Part shown: positions 60,100 through 64,000 of the stretch, one piece after another | Position numbering within the stretch: the stretch's first letter is position 1 | Layout: each line of letters begins with the position of its first letter | Assembly: GCA_963809485.1 (NCBI GenBank) | Contig: CAWEJX010000007.1 | Span: 128,001-192,000, forward strand | DNA length: 64,000 bases | Direction of reading: 5' to 3' | Origin: an uncultured Acidobacteriota bacterium | GTDB lineage: Bacteria; Acidobacteriota; UBA6911 | Notes under the pieces: model-generated | What the model was told of the DNA's origin: nothing | Database searches by the model: none | What the model saw: the letters and a program-made list of their open reading frames with translations, nothing else | Translations under genes and position numbers: made by a program

Positions 60100-60266
60100 A
60101 TGCCTTGCGGCTGAGACCGCTGCACTGGAATTGTTCAACCATTTGCATCCGCTGATCCGCGGATGCTCGATATTGACGCCGGATTATGGCTATGTTTTCC
60201 ATGAACCCAGCGTAACGGATTGTGCAACGCTGCGGTAGCGGTAGATGTACCCGGCTTGCCGGTTAC
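60100..60266 (-). mobile_element. IS66-family left end with truncated tnpA
   Basis: Minus strand starts GTAACCGGCAAG at 60266 (IS66 ends begin GTAA). ORF MENI..RRQYRASADQRMQMVEQFQCSGLSRKAF is TnpA-like and then diverges. Confidence 0.5.
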
Positions 60267-60403
60267 TTTTCAGTCCGTGCACTGGTATACATGAGGGTAT
60301 ATAAGAAGTGGGGGGTACCTCTGGGAGATTTGGTCCGGCGTGAAACTTCCACCGCCAGGGCTACCGATATTGCGGCACCTTTTGGATTGTCACTTTGGTT
60401 GGA

Positions 60404-60736
60404 CTATTTCCATTCCTTCCATGAATCCGGCTGATAGCCTACCGTCGCTTCACGGCCATTTCTTACTATAGGCGTCCTAAGAAGCATTGAGTCTTTGAGG
60501 AACTCCTCCTCGATATCGTGGATTAGATATTTCAGGTTTTTCTCCTCATATGCCTTGCCTTCCCGGTCAATGAGATTCTCAATGCCCACAGCTGCCTTAA
60601 TGCTGTTCAGTTCACCTTTGCTCAGCCCTTTTCGGGTGATATCCACGAACTGGAACGGGATGCGTCTTTCCTTGAAATATCGTTGAGCCTTCTTCGTGTC
60701 CTGGCACTTCAGTTTTCCGAAAATCTGGATATTCAT
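60404..60736 (-). CDS. ArsC/Spx-family (glutaredoxin-type) protein
   Basis: IQIFGKLKCQDTKKAQRYF and LLRTPIVRNG..ATVG motifs. Confidence 0.85.
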   Translation of the reverse strand: MNIQIFGKLKCQDTKKAQRYFKERRIPFQFVDITRKGLSKGELNSIKAAVGIENLIDREGKAYEEKNLKYLIHDIEEEFLKDSMLLRTPIVRNGREATVGYQPDSWKEWK

Positions 60737-60861
60737 GCCCATCTCCGAGAATCTTGTAGGAGTATTAAACAACAGGACGGGGCCTAAAAGCGACAACCCG
60801 CGATCGCCTTGTTATCTTTTTGGCTTTGGGATTTTCTTGGATTTCGGTAAGTTGATTTTAT

Positions 60862-60906
60862 TGGTGGAGCTGGCGAGGATCGAACTCGCGACCTCCTGAC
60901 TGCCAG
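60862..60906 (-). tRNA. 3' half of tRNA-Ala(GGC), probable att site, not a complete tRNA
   Basis: CTGGCAGTCAGGAGGTCGCGAGTTCGATCCTCGCCAGCTCCACCA contains the anticodon loop, T-arm and CCA; the 5' half is absent. Confidence 0.8.
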
Positions 60907-61517
60907 TTTTCAGCTAAGTGTTGAGCCCATTGAATATAAAGAATTTATAGCGGCACAACCCGGCACAGAGCGGCATTTTCGTGCAACAAATGCAACCCAG
61001 GCGCAACCAAGCGGGGGGGAGGTCGGAGCTCTTGCCAGGGTAGGTCCCGATTCCAGGGTCCCATTCCACATATGCACTATCGCAATTATTTTCGCCCGTA
61101 TTCCGTGATGCTTCTTCTATCGCATAACCCATAGATCCAATGGCGGTCTAGCAATGGTGTCGGGGCATGTAGGGAGATATTGCTGTGGGCGGATAGGTGG
61201 GCTGTAAGCCAAAACGGCAGCCAATGCGTCCGATCCTTCCCCGTTGAGATCCTTTACCAAAATACGGGAAATGTGTGAACTGCAGAGGCGTAGCGCAAAT
61301 TTACATGCTCGCAAAAAATCTGCAGCACCCGCCGATTTCGCGATGATGGCTATATCGGCATCGATGAAAGCGTTGGATCAGGCGCTAACACCGGATTCAG
61401 AGCGGCCTTGTCTTCAAAGCTTGCCCCGTGCATTGAACAGGTGCTTTTGGTTGTGAAACTCCGCACAGCCGCACTCCAATAGACCTCGATCAGACCCTCT
61501 TTTTTGCGCCTTTGCGA

Positions 61518-62021
61518 TTAGTAGGTTATGTTCCCCTCCGCCGCACATGTGTTTGTAACAGTAATTGTCCCAGCCACAGGATCTGTGGTAATGATCGGAG
61601 TGGAACACGATCCAGGAATTATTGTTCCGGATGCATCTTTGAACCTGCCTGTACCACCCGTTATGGTGAGAGTGCTTTCACCGTCCTGAAGGGTTGATTC
61701 ATAAAAGATTTGATCACCGTTAGCAGCGGTCATGAACCCACTTCCCCATGCATTTCCCGTTGACCAGTCAAGAAAACCGTTCCCTTCGAGCTGATATTTG
61801 CCGATGTGAGTGGCCACTCCCCAGCCTTGCGTGTGGACCGGGCGTATGTATTCTACGTCGGTTGGCAGATATATTGTTTCCGTACCGGTGAGCTGTGCTT
61901 TGAATGGCCGTTCCACCCGGTCTTTTGCTGTCAGAGATGCTGTTTGGCTAAAACAACAAATCGCCAAACCCAGCACAACATGTAACAATGCTCTACCTCT
62001 AATTGCTTTCAGGATTTTCAT
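61518..62021 (-). CDS. Hypothetical exported beta-rich protein
   Basis: GGAGGAG RBS, signal peptide, and ERPFK, ATHIG, TAANGD and ITGGTGRFKDASG motifs. Confidence 0.72.
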   Translation of the reverse strand: MKILKAIRGRALLHVVLGLAICCFSQTASLTAKDRVERPFKAQLTGTETIYLPTDVEYIRPVHTQGWGVATHIGKYQLEGNGFLDWSTGNAWGSGFMTAANGDQIFYESTLQDGESTLTITGGTGRFKDASGTIIPGSCSTPIITTDPVAGTITVTNTCAAEGNITY

Positions 62022-62410
62022 CGTCTCCTCCGTGAAAAGAATGATTTCTATTGCATCAAGCGTGAAATTTGGCCCGGAAGACTGCATTGGGGCCGCTATG
62101 CAACCTGGAAATCAGGCCCGCAATCCTCAAAATCAGTCTGATGGCCATGGCACCGTCCCTTTTAGGTCTGGGAGCCTCAAGTCTCTCGCTTGATTGTCCT
62201 ATGCATCCAAAATTCAAAGACTCCAACTTCAAGAATAAGTTGGATTTGCCAGCGTATTGCTATAAAATCATCCCTATAGGATTTTGGCAACTACGCCTAA
62301 CGGGGACAGAAACTGCCCCGGTTCACACGCCGTCCACTGTTAATAATGCGAAAATGGACCTTAAAAACTGTAAGGTTTTGGACGAATTTGCTGATCGTGA
62401 GAGAAAAACG

Positions 62411-63043
62411 GTGAGCACCTCAAGTGCATCTCATAAAGCTGCGTCTTCGAGTTCTCCTTCGGCTCATGAAGTCACCGGACTGCTTCAGGCCTGGAGCAAT
62501 GGTGATGAAGCGGCTTTGGAAAAGCTGATTCCTATTGTCTATGGGGAACTGCGCCGGATAGCTCATCGCTACATGGTGCGAGAAAGAGCCGGCCATCCCT
62601 TGCAGACGACGGCGCTCGTGCATGAGGCTTATCTCAGGCTGATAGACGCCAAGTTGCTCTGGCGGAACCGCGCGCAGTTTTTCGGCATCTCGGCATGCGT
62701 AATGCGGCGCATCCTGGTGGAAATAGCCCGCTCCCGCGCTTCAAAGAAACACGGCCGGAAAAGTCTGACCATCTCGATCGCGGAAGCCGCTAGCGTCTCG
62801 AAAAGCCCCGGCTTTGGTGTCGTGGAGTTGGACCAAGCTCTTAAGGCTTTCGAAAAGGTAGATCCGAGGAGAGCGCAGGTTGTGGAGTTGCGCTTTTTTG
62901 GCGGAATGAGCATCGAGGAAACGTCGAAAATGCTTGAGGTGTCCCCCGAAACGATAATGCGTGACTGGAGGTTGGCGAAAGCCTGGCTGTTTAGGCAACT
63001 CAGCGCGGAGTCACCCTCATCCCCCATGACATCTCGGAACTAA
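62411..63043 (+). CDS. ECF sigma factor (kinase-associated type), second copy
   Basis: EVTGLLQAWSNGD, LQTTALVHEAYLRL and VVELRFFGG motifs; the start is approximate (GTG 62411). Confidence 0.88.
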   Translation: MSTSSASHKAASSSSPSAHEVTGLLQAWSNGDEAALEKLIPIVYGELRRIAHRYMVRERAGHPLQTTALVHEAYLRLIDAKLLWRNRAQFFGISACVMRRILVEIARSRASKKHGRKSLTISIAEAASVSKSPGFGVVELDQALKAFEKVDPRRAQVVELRFFGGMSIEETSKMLEVSPETIMRDWRLAKAWLFRQLSAESPSSPMTSRN

Positions 63044-63099
63044 TAGGAGAGATCCGCGGAGTTATGGGAATTATTGCCTGACTTTCGTCGCAACTCTCA

Positions 63100-64000
63100 A
63101 TGAGTCCTGAACGCGCGGAAGAGGTCGCAAGGCTTTTTAACGAGGCGCTGGAATGTGAACCGGCAAAGCGTGCGGATTTCCTTGCCGAAGCCTGCGCTGG
63201 AGATGATTTGCTGCGCGTCGAGATCGAAAGCCTGCTGGAGCATGCGGAGCAGACGGCAAGCTTCATGCAGGATTCAGCCGCGGGCATGATAGTTAAGGAG
63301 CTTGCTGAAGACTCAGCCTCATCCCAAGCGCAGAAAGTCACACACGATCCAATAGAAGACGACATCACCAAAAAGCCGCGCAAACGCCCACCCTGGTGGA
63401 TGTATGCCATAGGGGCTGCTTTTTTTATCTGTGCCACAGTGCGCTACTATGCCTGCTTTATCGCGCCGGAGAACGCGGGCATTCATGTTCAAAACATTAC
63501 AGATGAAAACGGGCTGCCAACCGGCGTGGTGATCCAATCTTTGGAGTCTGATTCCGCAGCTGCAAGAGCGGGATTAAGGCCCGGGGACATAATCCTTTCC
63601 GCAAGCTCGGATGGTTTCATTCCGTCCGAGCCTCGTTTGGCTCCGCTTTACTGGGAAACCGGCCGCACATACCGCGTGCAAATCAAGCGCAAGGAAGAGA
63701 TCAAGACTATTGCCCTGACCCTCAAGCGGAATCCGTTGAGCAGTTGGTGGACAGGCCCGATGAGAGCCAATCTGGTCCTGGCGATGACTTCATTGCTGTA
63801 CCTGATTCTGGCTGCAACAGTCGGCTTCAAGCGGCCCGACAATAGTGCAGCAAGGTGGGGCGCCCTGTGGCTGGCGAATCTCACGATCACCGCAATTTAT
63901 GCGATTTACACACCCGTGGGGTGGCACAGCACTATTATGAGTTTCCCGCGTCTAATTGGCTGGTTGGCGATGTTTGTGCTGTACAGCACCGGATTTAACC
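63100..64000 (+). CDS. ECF-partner protein: kinase-type N-terminal leader, TM, PDZ domain and multiple TM helices; truncated by the window edge
   Basis: Manual translation gives MSPERAEEVARLFNEALE..FLAEACAGDDLLRVEIESLL, PPWWMYAIG, SAAARAGLRPGDII and further hydrophobic helices; the frame stays open to 64000. Confidence 0.75.
   Translation, partial: MSPERAEEVARLFNEALECEPAKRADFLAEACAGDDLLRVEIESLLEHAEQTASFMQDSAAGMIVKELAEDSASSQAQKVTHDPIEDDITKKPRKRPPWWMYAIGAAFFICATVRYYACFIAPENAGIHVQNITDENGLPTGVVIQSLESDSAAARAGLRPGDIILSASSDGFIPSEPRLAPLYWETGRTYRVQIKRKEEIKTIALTLKRNPLSSWWTGPMRANLVLAMTSLLYLILAATVGFKRPDNSAARWGALWLANLTITAIYAIYTPVGWHSTIMSFPRLIGWLAMFVLYSTGFN

Noticed and set aside
60862-60906. Functional tRNA-Ala gene
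   Set aside because: The 5' acceptor strand, D-arm and 5' anticodon stem are absent.
62069-62410. 114-aa N-terminal extension of the second ECF sigma factor
   Set aside because: It overlaps the divergent intergenic region and has no similarity to the first ECF; probably an ORF-calling artefact.

Overview
A gene-dense, GC-rich bacterial window, most consistent with an anaerobic Acidobacteriota-type genome (inferred from two ECF sigma/Ser-Thr kinase-leader pairs and a PadR plus membrane-protein pair). It appears to be accessory DNA with many deletion remnants. (1) 0-5.2 kb: ECF sigma/Ser-Thr kinase pair and a Sel1-repeat protein. (2) 5.3-21.8 kb: divergent IclR-associated anaerobic redox cluster with a W-type aldehyde:ferredoxin oxidoreductase, ferredoxin, MoaD, MetF and separately placed MetV, a frameshifted acetylene-hydratase-clade molybdopterin enzyme, a DmsB-like subunit carrying an inserted GltD-like NAD(P)H module, a double-domain class III CoA transferase, and UroD-family and aldo-keto reductase remnants. 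(3) 22-27 kb: PadR and TetR modules and a replication-origin-like relic. (4) 27-46 kb: large arsenic/sulfur/metal island (Cys-rich MarR, arsM, two rhodaneses, two DGC proteins, radical SAM/SPASM, arsG/arsF/arsE-like genes, two arsR, acr3, arsC, two ArsP permeases, GcvH, OsmC, TauE, YqeB, and a two-subunit Mo-hydroxylase). (5) 45.8-59.6 kb: segment bracketed by two inverted copies of a MITE-like element, carrying a glpP-glpF-glpD-glpK glycerol system with an attenuator and Tat-exported enzymes. (6) 60-64 kb: IS66 relic, tRNA-Ala 3' fragment (probable att site) and a second ECF sigma with an atypical partner that runs off the window. No rRNA, intact tRNA or CRISPR array was seen. Functional calls come from motif recognition only; no database search was run.
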